Assembly (NCBI GenBank): GCA_013239625.1
Contig: MU054212.1
Coordinates: 5,242,270 to 5,306,269 of the forward strand
DNA: 64,000 nt
DNA from: Lama guanicoe
Lineage: Eukaryota
Direction of reading: 5' to 3'
A model generated the notes under the pieces. That model was not told where the DNA came from. It ran no database searches and saw only the letters and a list, made by a program, of their open reading frames with translations. Every line of letters starts with the position of its first letter. The stretch's first letter is position 1. Shown here piece by piece: positions 1-12,842 of the stretch. Both the position numbers and the translations under genes were made by a program.

Positions 1-1358
1 TACATTGAGAAGGTGGCCAGTAAGTTCTAACAAGTATTCAATTGGTTAGCATGCACAGTAGTCTTAACCTAAATAAGGGGGAAAAAAAAAAACTATGTCA
101 AATCAGATTTAATTTTCTATCTCAAAGCTATTTTTAGAACAGTGGAATTGGGTTTATTCTAGCCTGAAACAGACCAAATCTTACTTTCAATTGTTGATTA
201 AACCTTTGTTTCTCTGTTTATTTTTACTTTAAAAAAGTTCCTTTCCTCACAGGTAGCCATGGTTTCAGCACATTGACAAGGTATCCATTAGTCAGCCATT
301 CCTTTATTTAGAGCTTATACAACAAGTATTAATTGACCATAAGGACAAAGAGAAAGGTGCTTGCATTCAGTCCTGGAGTCTGTCCCTTGTTATAAAGGTG
401 AAACAGAGCAGTGAATTTAACGTTTATAAACTTACTTTTCTCATTCATATCCTGAAAAGAAGAGTACTTACTCATAGTGATGCTATCAGTACTAAATAAA
501 ATAATGCCAAGAAAATATATTTGATACAGTGTAATCTCTCGACAGTCCTTCTGTGCCTTCTGTTTCAACTACATTTATTCTCTTCATTTTTCTGAATGGA
601 CCGTTCATTTTATTCTTAGTTGTTTTGCTTTTCTGTTTGCACTACCTAAAATGCATTTTTCTTCTATAGTGAACTCTCATATAACAGTGAAGTTCTTAGT
701 TACCATCATCCCTGTTTTGAAATCTTCGTTAAATCTACCTTCTCTTCCATTCCTCCCAAAAGGTAGAATTGACCTTCCTTGTTTTTTTTCCTTCCTGAGT
801 GTGTCATGGAGGTTCTGTCACAGCAAGCACAGACTTCTGTTTCACTTTTTGTTTACATCTTTGTTTCCTTAACTAAATGTAAATTCTTGAAGTCTTAGAA
901 ATACCTCATATTCGTTTACCGATTCTCAGAAAAGTGCCTGAAATATAGCTAATATGCAGTAATTGTCGAATGGATGACAGCATGAATAAATGCATATTTC
1001 ATGCATTAATATAATTATTATGGGTATTATCAGGAATGTACAAGATCCAGAGAGTGCCCAGAAAGCTTGCTAGGTGACTAGGAACTTTATAAAAAGCATA
1101 TTATTTAATCCATTGAATCCTGTTTTATTAGCAAGAAACAAATATTTGAAAATTAGAAATAACTTTCCTAAAAACCATGGCAAAATTGGGATTGCCAATA
1201 AAGACTGCCATAATTTAAAGCCTCTCTCTCTCCTCTCTCCCTAAGAGAGAAAGAGAGGAAGAGAGAGGAGATATATATATATTTGTATAATATATAAGTA
1301 TATATTATAGATATATACTGCACAGATATTTATTTATATACATATTTATATACTTAGA

Positions 1359-1620
1359 GCCATCTGTTTTTCACTTTCAGTACAGTTCTCAGTAAATTAC
1401 ATGAGATATTCAACACTTTCTTATAAAATAGGCTTTGTTTTAGATGCTTTTGCCTAAGTGTAGGAAAATGTAAATGTTCTTAGCACATTTAAGGTAGGCT
1501 AGGCGAAGCTATGATGTTTGATAGGGTAAGTGTATTAAGCGGATTTTTGACTTGTGATATTTTCAACTTACAATGGGTTTATTAGGATGTAACCCCATTG
1601 TAAGTTGAAGAAAATATGTA
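1359..1620 (-). mobile_element. MER47A-like (Tigger5) non-autonomous TcMar DNA transposon, partial
   Basis: Reverse complement follows the MER47A consensus as I recall it (TTCAACTTACAATGGGGTTACATCCTAATAAACCCATTGTAAGTTGAAAATATC...AGCTTCGCCTAGCCTACCTTAAATGTGCT). It ends at a TA. Confidence 0.8.
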
Positions 1621-1655
1621 TATATTATAATTGTGTGGTAATATAGTATGTATTA

Positions 1656-2055
1656 TGTTGCAGACTGAATTATATCTCCCCCAAATTCATATGTTGAAGC
1701 CCACTGTAGAAATGAGATTCCAGTGCCTCAAGACACACTGTATTTGGAGACAGGGCCTTTAAAGGGGGTGGTTAAATTTAAATGAGGCCTTTAGGGTAGT
1801 GCCTAATCTAGTCTGACTGGTGTCCTTATAAGAAGAGGAAATTTGGACATACAGACACCAGGGGAAAGGCCACATGTAAGGGTCTAAGTAGAAAGCACCA
1901 CCTTCAGGCCAAGGAGGGAAACCTCAGGAGAAACTGAATCTGCCAACACCTTGATCTTAGACTGCCAGCCTCCAGAACTATGAGAAAATGCATTTCTATT
2001 GTTTAAGCCACCCAGTCAATGGTATTTTATGAAGCATTCCTAGAAAACTAATATA
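1656..2055 (+). mobile_element. MLT1A/MST-type ERVL-MaLR solo LTR
   Basis: Starts TGTTGCAGACTGAAT...CCCCCAAATTCATATGTTGAAGCCC. Internal GTATTTGGAGACAGGGCCTTTAAAG and CCAGCCTCCAGAACTATGAGAAAAT. Ends AAACTAATATA; about 400 bp. Confidence 0.88.
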
Positions 2056-4124
2056 TTTACATATATATGCACGCATATGTGTATATATATATATTTTTTT
2101 TAACTTGAATTAATATAACACATATCTAGTTTTAAATAGTCAAGTAGTATCACAATACTTACAACCAAAACCAATGGTCATCTGCCTCCCCCTGGTTTCC
2201 TATTCCCCAGACACTACCAGTTTCACCTCTTTTAGCTCTTTCCTCTTGTATTTTCTTGTTATTTCTAAATAGCATGCTTATATTATTATTATGCTATATG
2301 TATTTTTTACATTTCAGTTTAGATATTGTTGTTGAATTCCTACCAGAGAAGATGGAGATTTGCTTCCCTTACATTCCTCCCTCCTTCTTCTAGAAAATGT
2401 ATTTCATAATTTTGGTTAAATAAATATGCAGTGTAAACATAATTATGACCACAGATATGTTATTCTCAGCTGCATACTGTTAGGATCCTAAGTAGCAATC
2501 CTTTTGATGCTTCCATTCATGAGAATCAGCAACCTTCTCTTCAGCCTGACGAGGCCATTCCTGCCTTGCTTGAAGAGTCCATAATATATTCCCATGAGAC
2601 AGTCACCATGTTGAACAAAATAATTTCTCCTCATTTGTCACTCCTTGTATAGCACTATTTGGTTTCCAACATACAACGTTAGCCAGATCCCAGTGTGTTT
2701 CAGGAGATCAGTTACAAAGTTAAGTTACAAAAGAGGATTACAAATCAAAAATATTAAAAGGTTTTGCTAAACTGTGTCAACATAAATCTGGAAAACAGTT
2801 GTGGGAATGTATTTTTGTGAGCTATAGCAGGGAGGGAAAAAATAATTTCAGATGTAACGTGGTGGGTAAATATACCTGTACACTCATCCCGATCTAGGTC
2901 CTATGGTAAAGTCCACAAGAAAGTCTCTTCACCCCGACTTTCAGAAATAATGTTGGTGAGAGTGGAAACAGAATCTTTGGTAAGTGTTGTAATGGCTAAT
3001 TTCTACAGGCCAAGGGGCAGTGAGAGGTACTGCTAATGAAATGGATATTTATTTTCAGTAGTGATGCTAGAAGCAATCAAGAAGCAGCTCTAATTTATGG
3101 GATAAAGATACATGTACTCTACTCAGACCAGAATGGTCTGAACTAGATGAATCTTCACTGGTGACTGTTGATCGTGATGTCCTTAGCAATAAATTTAATG
3201 GCTACTCAGAAAGTTCCTGTTTGATTTGTGGACTGGAAATATTTCATGTGTGCCAGTCAGACATCTGATTTGAGCCATCGCAATAACCATGGTCTGGTAC
3301 CCTAGTTCCTAAACCCGTGTCAAATCCCAGAATCCAAGTGCTTTGAAGTACTGTGGGTATACTTGAGAGCAAGGAAACTCTGATAATGTCATAAAAAATG
3401 TTCTTTAAGTATTTTAAATTTCTTTTTTTAACTTTCCCTTGTAGATATTTTTCAGGTTTACTGTGCACTGAGTAAAGTAAAATATCCATACTATTTGAGG
3501 AGGATTGAATACTGATTCTGACTTAATGCTAACTTTGGAGGATTTGCAATATCACTGTGGACCACAAGGATAATGTGGTCTTATATGTGTCTGGGGATAA
3601 ACGAATATGTACTCAACAATGATCAGAATTCCTACATTAATTCTGGGACAGAAACTCTCCATTAGGAGGCCCTATAATTTTGCTTTCCTTGCAAAATAAT
3701 AGATGAAAAGTAATGCTGTATACGTGGGGGATTGCAGAGTGTGAGGCTAGCATCAAAGATTTGAAAGATACCAAGGGGGTGATTCCTGTCACTTCCCTAT
3801 TTAACTCACCTGTTTGGTTTGTGCAGAGACAGATGTATCTTGGACAATGACAGTATTTATTGGGAATGTAAACAAAAATAACCACGATAGTGTCTATTCT
3901 TTCTGTTGTCTCTGTGGTTGGAAATCAGTAAAGGCCTTTGTCTCTGTTATGTTTGTTTCTACTACACAAGGTAAAGAACAACAGAGGCAATTTGCTTTCA
4001 GTCAACACAGATACCATTATACCTTTGTTCTTATGCTTTAGAGCTGAATCAGTTTTGGGATCTGTGCCATAATTCAGTTTTACATAAGACTCTCAAAGTA
4101 AATGAAATTGGGCTACCAAAGTGA

Positions 4125-4385
4125 TTGACAACTATAGTCCATTAGCCAAATTCAGCCTACAACCCACTTTGGTAAGGCCTGTGGGCTAAATATGGTTATT
4201 ACACTTGTATGTAAAAGGTTGCACACACACACACACACACACACAGGCACATGAATATGTGACAGGAACTAAATGTGGCCCCCAAACCCTAAGATATTTA
4301 TTCTCTGATGCTTTAGAGAAAAAAAAATTGCTGTAGAAATTTTTCTACTCTTAGACCAAAAAAGAAAAATCTTACTAACCCTTGA
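4125..4385 (+). mobile_element. MER58B-like hAT-Charlie MITE with internal (CA)n
   Basis: GCCAAATTCAGCC...GGCCTGTGGGCTAAATATGGTT...ATGTGGCCCCCAAACCCTAAGATATTTATTCTCTG...CTAACCCTTG. Splits the ERV-L RT just before the YIDD-equivalent motif. Confidence 0.72.
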
Positions 4386-4865
4386 TCTGCTACATCAATA
4401 ACATCATATGAATAGAATCCAGTAAGCAAGAAGTGACAGCAGTGTGGATAGCTTATAATACATATACGCCATGAGTTATAGGGGAAATCTCATGAACAAA
4501 TGGATCTGCCAGCTCTGTGTCATTTCGGTGTTTCTGGTGTTCCAGGACACTTGGAAAATCCACTCTAAAGTACAATATACTCACTAGAACTAAGAAAGAT
4601 GCACACTGCTTTATAGAGCACCCTTTGGGTTTGCGAAAAAACATTTGGGTTTGACCCATTTGTTAAATGACCTCAATGATGGCCAGTTTTGAATAAAGTC
4701 CAAAACGAGGGAAGGCTCTCCATTGTTCCAAGCACAGTGCTACCTACCAGCTCAGTACTTGGCCCTGTAAGCCAGAAGGCCCTGTAAACAAGTAATCCAA
4801 ACTTACTCAAGTTTTTTGTTGAAGACTGGAATGTTCTGTAGAATTAGTGACAAGCCCCAGTAAGA

Positions 4866-5078
4866 GCAGAGCTCAATAAATTTACAGCCTGCAGGACATC
4901 TGCCTGATTTTATAATCTTATTGGAACACAGCCATGCTCATTCACTTACTTACTGTCTTTGACGACTTTCTTGTGTGTTGCAATGGCCAAATTGAGCTGT
5001 TGTGACTGAGACTGAATGGGCCATGTACCCAAAATATTTACTATCTGGCCCTCTAAGGAAAAAAAAAGCTAACCCCAA
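4866..5078 (+). mobile_element. MER58A hAT-Charlie MITE
   Basis: TTATTGGAACACAGCCATGCTCATTCACTTAC...AAAATATTTACTATCTGGCCCT...GCTAACCCC matches the MER58A core. Confidence 0.85.
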
Positions 5079-6754
5079 GATAAGTGGTTCAGAGAGAATT
5101 TCCTTAAGATTTGGAGAAATTTACTCCTCAGTACTACCCTCCTTTCAAGGAACAGGCTTTGGTTTTACTCTTCGTCCCTAGTAGAAACTAAGTGACCGAA
5201 TACCAGGTGACCAAGTGACCTAAGCTGCCAGTAATCACTGGGGTGTTATTGGAATTACTGGCCTTAATTCAAGAATGACCAGCACCCCACGGTCATCAAG
5301 TAGAAGTGATACATAGAGGACTTGGTTCCAGTAGGAGACTAAGGCGAGGAAAGTTCCATGAGCATGTGGCGCAGTTACCCCCAGTGTAACTGCTCTTGCC
5401 CCACTGTCACTCCAGTCCCAGTCTCCACCTTTCTTCTCATGGGGATTCTCCTCTGACTGACTGACTGAGGAGGAAAATTGCGAGCCTGTATAACAAATGA
5501 TATGCTGACTGGAGACCTATAGCATGACAGCCCCACTAATACATGACCTTGAAATAAAAGTGGAAAAGCAAAGTTTTCAAAGGGAGAGAACTTAAGGAGA
5601 TATGTTCAGTGGTTCATTTTTCCTGGAAGAAGCATCTCTCTTCCCAGAAAGGATATTTCTGGTGGAGATGCCTGGAAGGAGATATAATTTTATTCATGAG
5701 TGGTGACTAATCATTTGGTAGAGGTTCAGGGACTTGAAAAGAACAATAGAGGAGACTGAAGGCAAGGAGTTCTGGGAAATAATTACATGGACAGATCTCT
5801 CAGAATGGACCTAGAGTGTGATGTTTTTTGTTCCATGTAATTTTTTAACACAAGTCTTAAGTTACAAAGGAGGCTTTCAATGAGCAGATGAAAAAAGATT
5901 ATCCTGTGGATATCAGTTTTTTTGTTGACACTTCATTACCTGCTCGATTAGCTCATGAATGAAGTATCAATTTTTGCAGGGATGGAATATTTGCATACAT
6001 TCCTTTCCTCACTAAGCCTTAGCTGACTACAGTCACTGCTACTCAACGTGCCAAAGCAGGAATTGACTCTGAGCCCTGATGTACCATCATATTCTAGAGC
6101 ACCATCTATAACTGGGTGTCATATATGTATTTATTTATTATATATGTTTATTTTTATTTATATATTGTAAATATATAACATGTAATTATGTATTTATGTA
6201 TACACGTAAATATATAATTATATGTCCCTGTCTTATTCAAGCAAAAAATGCATATTCGAGCATAAAACTAAGACAGTGAACTGATATTTATATTCACTGG
6301 TCTTAGGAGGGACTCAATCACTCAGGAGCAGCTGGCCTTACAGAGTAAAATCTAGACCCGCAGGTGATAACTTTTTGTGAGGTTAGTATAGTTTCAAAAT
6401 TGTATAGTTTGTGCTCTGTAAAAGCTACCAGTGTGTATGGCTGCTACTCTAATAGCCAGTTTATATAGATTCAGAGCTATTAGAAAGGGATGCATTTGGA
6501 GTGATGATTCTGACAACTATATCAATAAACTCTAAGGAGTTTTAATTAAATGTGTTCCCTCTGTCTGTATAAATCTAGGCTCTGTTGGTTTAGTCTTGGT
6601 ATAGCAGGGAAGGTAACATCTGCCAGGAGTCAAGAACTGCCAAAGCTCTGATATTTCATCCTACTTGCAAACTGACAAGTTAGCTGGCCACAGTTTAATG
6701 AGTGAGATGATTAGGTAAGAGAAGAGAACTTTATTACTTTTTATTATTCTCTCT

Positions 6755-6925
6755 CGTGGAACTAGAATAAAAGTGCCATGAGGGCAGGGATTTTTAAATA
6801 TACATTACACCTATACACTATCTATCTATCTATCTATCTATCATCTCAGTATAGATATTCATTTACTCCCAGCATGTTGAACAGTGCTGTGCACATAGAA
6901 GGAATTCAGTAAATACGTGTTAAAT
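6755..6925 (+). mobile_element. L2 3' end fragment containing a (TCTA)n microsatellite
   Basis: CCATGAGGGCAGGGA...ACAGTGCTGTGCACATAGAAGGAATTCAGTAAATACGTGTTAAATG; TCTA repeat at about 6818-6842. Confidence 0.7.
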
Positions 6926-8827
6926 GCACTTCAACTGTAATTTGGAGTGGTTGATTGGCTATGAGAGATGGTAACCCAGTGTGCAGTCTTGTTAGTCTTT
7001 TTCAGTAGCTGACAGAATCTGCAGAGAATCCTCCAAGCTCTGGTAGGCAGTATCAGCCTAGCTGTTTTCAGGCTGAAAACTGTTGTTTCACCTTTTAATA
7101 TGTGGATTTTATTTAATTTATTTGTTTTTGTTTCAATGGCCAGCATTGTCATGTTCAAAGACACTTTAGTTAAAGCTTTCCAGACATTAAACCCCCAGCC
7201 ACCAGGGAGAAAGAGGTGTAGTTACCTGGCTGAAAGGAGTTGGAGAGAGGTTCTAGGTGCCTAGTAACTTTCTAATACAAATTCTTAACCAGTGCACTTG
7301 TTTCCTGCCCCTCGCTCAACCCAAATCGAGGGTAAAAGTTCTCGCTGCTTCCCAGTCTTGAGCTACCCAGGGTCCTGAAGAACCATAGGCTTGCTCTGAG
7401 GCTCCTGTACCCTTTAAGTTTCCTTAAAAACTCCTGGGGGTCAGCTTTGCCCTTTCTTCTAAGTCAGCTGTCACTCATCAGTCTACATTCCAGCATTCGA
7501 AATTGCATTGTCTTCTTCCTAATGTTTACTTCTTTCCCTTTTCTTTGTTCTGGTGGATTTATACCTATAAAAATATCTTGATAGTTCTCTCAGTGAGATT
7601 TTGAGAAAGAACAGATGCTAATATGTGAGTTCAAATCACTGTGTTTAATAAGCTTCTGATCTTTCCATTACAGTAAGTGCTTGACTCTGCCTGCTGATGG
7701 GGGTGAGAGGGATGATAAGAAAAAAATTTAATTTCATGAAAAATGATTATGAGTTAATTAGCATATCAGGGCTTTCTAGACGGAGGGAAACTGATGGGCA
7801 GAAATGTGAGCATTTCATAATTTGTTTAAGAAAAGCCAATGCATTCTGGGACACTAATGTCATTTGTTTGATTAAAATCAAATTATCTTACATTAGCCAA
7901 GTTCCTGACAAAGAGTTTATATATCAGAAAAACCTGGGGGAGATTTTTTTAAAGCACAAAAAGCCTAGGTTCTACTCTAAAGCCTTATTTTAGAATATCC
8001 AGGGTCAGTCTAAAATTTTTAAAAGCATCACAAGCTCATCTAATGTATAAAATTATCAAGAACTGTTCAACTAGAGCAACTGAGTGAAACAGAGTAAAGT
8101 TTAGTGACATAAGTTGAAAATCATTTTTATGTGTGATTGACAAATGAGACAAAATGACAAAGTGAGACATTTATATATCACTTATTCATTCCATAAATGT
8201 TGTTTTAAAAATCTTACTATATTCCCAATTGTAAATAAACTCATTTTAAAGTGGGGGACTGTTATACCCTTTAGTGTAAAATGATCAGGACTGCACTGTC
8301 TGTGACAAACCAAAGGGACACAAATATTTCCTTGTAGGTCTACAATGTGTTCTTTTATCCTGAATTCCAAAATAATAGTAAAACACAAGGACTTGGCTGG
8401 ATATTGTAGCAAAAAAATGAAGTTGAGCCAAGATCTCAAGGAGGCCCTGACCCCTATACGAAATCTCTCCCTTAACTCACACAGGGCACACAGTGTGGAG
8501 GACAAAGTGATACCTTAGCTTTTTACATTGATACACCCATCCAGCAATAACTGGATAGCCATCCTTTTCTAGTCTAAAATTACTGTCTTGGACCAAGGAC
8601 ACGTAGAAGCAGGGTTTTTATAAGAGTAATTGTTGTGGAGAAACTCTTCCTTCCACCTCCATTTTTCCCTGCAGAGGGATATCTATTATGGTTCCCAGTC
8701 ACCATGTCTCTGTTCATGAATCTGCTTCCCACACTGCATGAGTTTGAATCAAGAGCTAGACATCTGTGCCCTTAATGAGCGATTTTAAAAGCACAAGTAC
8801 AGAAAATAGCAAAACTTACTATAGTCC

Positions 8828-9373
8828 TGTTGAGAGTTTAGTTAACCTACTCCATAATACTGCTGCCTCAGTATCCATTTTGTGTGGCTAGTGGCCTGCC
8901 GGGACCTTGAACTGACACTGGCCTCTCCCACGAATGCATGTTCTGGAAACAACCCACAGAGTCACAACTAAATGTAAGTTCCTGATAGGAGTCCCCCAGT
9001 GCCCATTGTGGTAACAGCATCTTCTGCCCCCCGTTCCTTCTCCTTGTGCCACTTAGATAAGACTCCCTTGGAGATGACCAAAACCCCACTTTTCTTGGTT
9101 TGAATTGACCAATCTCAGCTTAACCTAGGAACCCCAGAGCCCTTAACCTGTGGGCTTGAATAAAGGCATGTGCCCAGGTACTGCTACTCACTCTCTGTCT
9201 GTCCCCTACCTTGACCACCCCATGTGACCGCTCAAGGCAGGCTGTGTATCTCCTCTAAGACCTGGGAGTAATAATCTGCTCTATTTCAGTTCTATTTCAG
9301 TTTCCCTGTGGTCTTTTGTTGAACCCACCCTTCACCATCTTGGGGGTTCTGCCTATTAAATGTTATTTTAACA
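8828..9373 (+). mobile_element. Solo LTR, ancient ERV (MER54/MER73/LTR53-like; family uncertain)
   Basis: TGTT...AACA termini, about 545 bp, higher GC than flanks. AATAAA at about 9159; polyA-signal-like GAGTAATAATCTG near the 3' end. Confidence 0.65.
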
Positions 9374-10898
9374 AAGTCACAAGTCTTCAATGGAATAGCA
9401 GTCATAATTTAAATGGGTAATTTGGCTGATTTTTTTAAGAGGAAGCAAACCATAGATCCTAATGCTGCAGTGAGTATTGGTTCAGCATATTTCATTCGTT
9501 GCTTTTGTGAAAAGCAGATTTGCACAACAACGGATGAAGTACCATGTTAACCAGTCAAGTCAGAGAAACCATCAACCAAGTCAGAGGAACGTGTAGAAAC
9601 ATGAGCAGAGCTGTTTCCTCGGAGCCTGCCGGTATGACAGTGTGACTAGAGTAACTCAGAATCATACATCCTTCTAGTTTTAGCCGTATTCAATCAGTGG
9701 TTGAATTCCTCAGCCAAAATCTACAGCCAGACTTATTTGAGAATTCAGCTGTGTGTAGGGCCATATAAAGACAATTAAAGCACATTTATTCCTTTAGGGT
9801 GCCTTTCTGGTAATCCAGTAAGGTCTATATTAACCAAAGAGTTGTGAAATCTTTATTCTGACTCACACTATGCACACTGGGATGGATCCAAGTCCTCAAC
9901 TAGCTCTTGAAAATATCTCTCTATCTATCTGTCTATCTATCTATCTATCATCTTTTTTTTTTAGTAAAAAACTACATGCTTAATAAAAATAAATCGGGAA
10001 AAACATCAGTGAGCCTTGCCCGTCTCTGGTTAACAATAGCACTCAATGATCACTAACACTTATGTAGTGCTTATTGTATCAGCCTTCTTCTCAAATAGAT
10101 CGGTTTTGTAAAATGACCTTGAAAGTAAAAGATCTGAATATTGATTTATCAATAATTGCCAATGACTGTATACTCTTTGGAAAGGCTTTCTGTTTTCCCA
10201 ATTTGAGAAAAAATGAATTTGCAAGATCCTTATTGATTATTACCCCACGTCTCTTTCCAGCTTCATCCTTACATATGCCATCAATCACTCCCCTCCATCT
10301 AGATTGCAAATACTTTTATACGCTTATACACTCTATTTTCTCTGTCTCTTTCTTTTTCTCTTTGTTAGAACACCCTTTGTCCTCCTCTTCCCATGGATAA
10401 GTTTAATTCATTTTTAATTCCATGAATATCACTTCCTAGGAAAATCTTTATGTACTGCTGAAGACATGGCGTATCTTTACAAAATGCTTGTTCAGTGAAT
10501 ATAAGAATGATAAATTGCTCCCACTTTCCGATATTTAACTTGATTTTCTCTTGTCCTTTTTCAGAGCCTAGAATTTCTATAGTATTACTAACAATACTAT
10601 TGGTTTGTTCTTGTTCCAGTGTGTGATTAGTCAGTCTGTGGTGTTTATTTTCTATTACATTTACCATTGCCTTTAACCAGATATTTTCCCAAGATCTCCC
10701 TCTGACTCCATTTTTTCCACTATTAATTGATAATTTAATATCCAATATATGCCATTTCTAATATTTTAGTCTCATAGTCTTTGAAATATTGTAATCAATT
10801 GATACCTCCCACAACATTTCAAGTCTTCATCACTATTTTCTGTATTCCACTCTGACCACAGATTTCCAGCTATCTCCTGCAGTAATTTCATACATATT

Positions 10899-11407
10899 TG
10901 TGGTGGTTAATTTTCTGTGTCAACTTGACTAGACCAGGGGATGCCCAGGTATCTGGTTAAATGTTATTTCTGAATGTGTCTGTGAAAATGTTTCTGGAAG
11001 AGATTAGCATTTGAATTGGTGGACTGATTAAAGCAGATAGCCGTCCCCAGTGTAGGTGGGCATCATACAATCCACTGAAAGTCTGATTAGAACAAAAAGG
11101 CGGAAGAAAGTTGAATTCACTCTCTGCCTGACTGTTGAACTAAAATATCCATTTTTTCCCTGCCCTTAGGTCTCCTGGTTCTCAGGCCCTTCAGGCTCAG
11201 AGTGGAATCTACACCATTGGCTCTGGCTTTCAAGCCTTCAAACTGTATCACCAGACTTCCTGGATCTCCAGTTTGCAAATGGCAGATCAGCCTCCATGAC
11301 CATGTAAGTAAATGGCTTTAATAAATCTCCTTATTCATTTAATAATCTCCAGTGGATTAATAAATCCCCTATTGGCTGTGTCTCTCTGGAAAACCTTGGT
11401 TATTACA
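10899..11407 (+). mobile_element. MLT2B/C-type ERV-L solo LTR
   Basis: TGTGGTGGTTAATTTTCTGTGTCAACTTGACTAG...GAAGAGATTAGCATTTGAATTGGTGGACTG...TCTCTGGAAAACCTTGGTTATTACA. Confidence 0.9.
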
Positions 11408-11439
11408 TATATGATGCCACCGCTACCAAAAATAATTAT

Positions 11440-11790
11440 AGTAATAGTAGAAATTTCTATTCATTGGTTATTTTCTGTGAGTCCGGCATGGTACTAAGTG
11501 CTTTACAGACAGCATCTCCTTAGGTGCTAGCCCTGCAGGCTAGAATACAGGACCTGTTGGGAAACGGAGGGTATCCATCTCATTCAGTATTGTGTGTGCA
11601 ATGAAGAGTGTAGTACCTGATTCACATGTTTTGCTCTATTAAACATTTATTAAACAAATGATTGGGAGTTATTAAGCCCATTTACAGATGAAGAAAAAGA
11701 GCCACAAATATATTATATTATTTGTTCAAAGCCAGTTACTCAGTGACACATGTGTAATTCAAAGTGAAGTATATCTGATTCCATATTACA
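11440..11790 (-). mobile_element. MIR SINE, interrupted by a short L2-like 3' fragment
   Basis: GGCATGGTACTAAGTGCTTTACA...CCCATTTTACAGATGAAGAAA is the MIR core, antisense. Confidence 0.6.
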
Positions 11791-12474
11791 CTCTTGAATA
11801 TTATCATAAATTACTTTTCTCTCATCTTACCACCTGTTTCCTAAGTCAGTAAGTCCACTTTAACCTATATCTCCTTCTCTATCTAACCATGATCTCATTA
11901 CTTTAATTATTCTCTCATTGAAATTTTTAATTTCTCCTTGTCCAATGAATGTTCATAGGATAAATGAGGAAATCGACAGAGACCTTTATGTCATTCTAAG
12001 AATGCATAAAAATCTCACTCTGTAAGACAAGTGATATAAACTGTTTAATCTGCTAGTTAATGATTAATTAATTATTATGTTTAATGCTTTAAACACATCA
12101 TAGCACAGCAGTATGCAAAGCATGGTGGTGAAATTTGCAGACCAGGAGAGATAATGTGAAAAGATGTCACCACCTGAACTATTTCCTGGTTTATGAAAAG
12201 TGCAAATAATATTGTAAATAATTCTAGAGATTCTCATTGTATAGCAAGAAGATGCTCTGAAAAAATTCAAGAGCTTTGACAATACTTTTGGTTCAGAGGA
12301 AGCAGTGTTTATTGGACACTCTCATAAATTTTTAAATGGCCAGTATACTGACACATTTAGCATTTCACCCACATTAGCCAGCATAAGGACTGTATTTATG
12401 ATGTGATTACCTTAAATATTTGACATCATAACAGTGTCAAAGGCAGCAAAACACCCACAACATTAAACTGTGCA

Positions 12475-12842
12475 CGTGATTGTTAGTTTTATGTTCTAAT
12501 ACCTAAATACTGATGTAAAGATTTTGTAGGTATGATTAAATAATCAACTGACTTTAAGTAAGGGAGATTATCCTAGATAAACTGGGTGAGCCTGATCCAA
12601 TCAGTTGACAGGCTGTAAGGGCAAAACTGAGGCTTTCCTTAAGAGTAGATTTTACCTATGGATAGTAGCTTCCATTTCCCTGTCCCCAAGAATTCCAGCT
12701 TGCCTTTCCCAGAGGCCTGCCCTATAAATTACAGACTTGCTTTGCCAGTCCTTACAATCTCTTAAGTCTACTCCTTGCAATAAATCTCTTAATATAAATA
12801 TCCTACAACTTCTGTTTCTGTGGTAGAACCCTGATTGATACA
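12475..12842 (+). mobile_element. MLT2D-type ERV-L solo LTR
   Basis: GACTTTAAGTAAGGGAGATTATCCTAGATAA...GAGCCTGATCCAATCAGTTGA...AATAAATCTCTT...GAACCCTGATTGATACA. Confidence 0.85.

Larger units (their letters stand above)
2500..6710 (+). mobile_element. Degenerate ERV-L internal region (gag-protease-RT-RNase H-integrase fossil), interrupted by two MER58 elements
   Basis: Colinear decayed peptides: gag FAKLCQHKSGKQLWECIF (about 2764); protease LNTDSDLMLTLEDLQYHCGP (about 3505); RT LKDTKGVIPVTSLFNSPVWFVQ (3761), QFAFSQ..YTF (about 3990) and catalytic YIDD decayed to YINN (4391); integrase IHWS...AAGL (about 6290-6340). Many stops and frameshifts. Confidence 0.85.

Noticed and set aside
1221..1350. 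CT-rich/GA-rich inverted arrangement followed by TA repeats
   Set aside because: Low-complexity sequence; complementarity is expected from composition alone.
7000..7640. Possible antisense ancient L1/HAL1 5' region
   Set aside because: Only a vague resemblance; I cannot support a family or boundaries.
10899..12842. Two same-strand MLT2 LTRs as the ends of one provirus
   Set aside because: They are different subfamilies with dissimilar sequence, and the interval holds MIR/unique DNA rather than internal ERV sequence.
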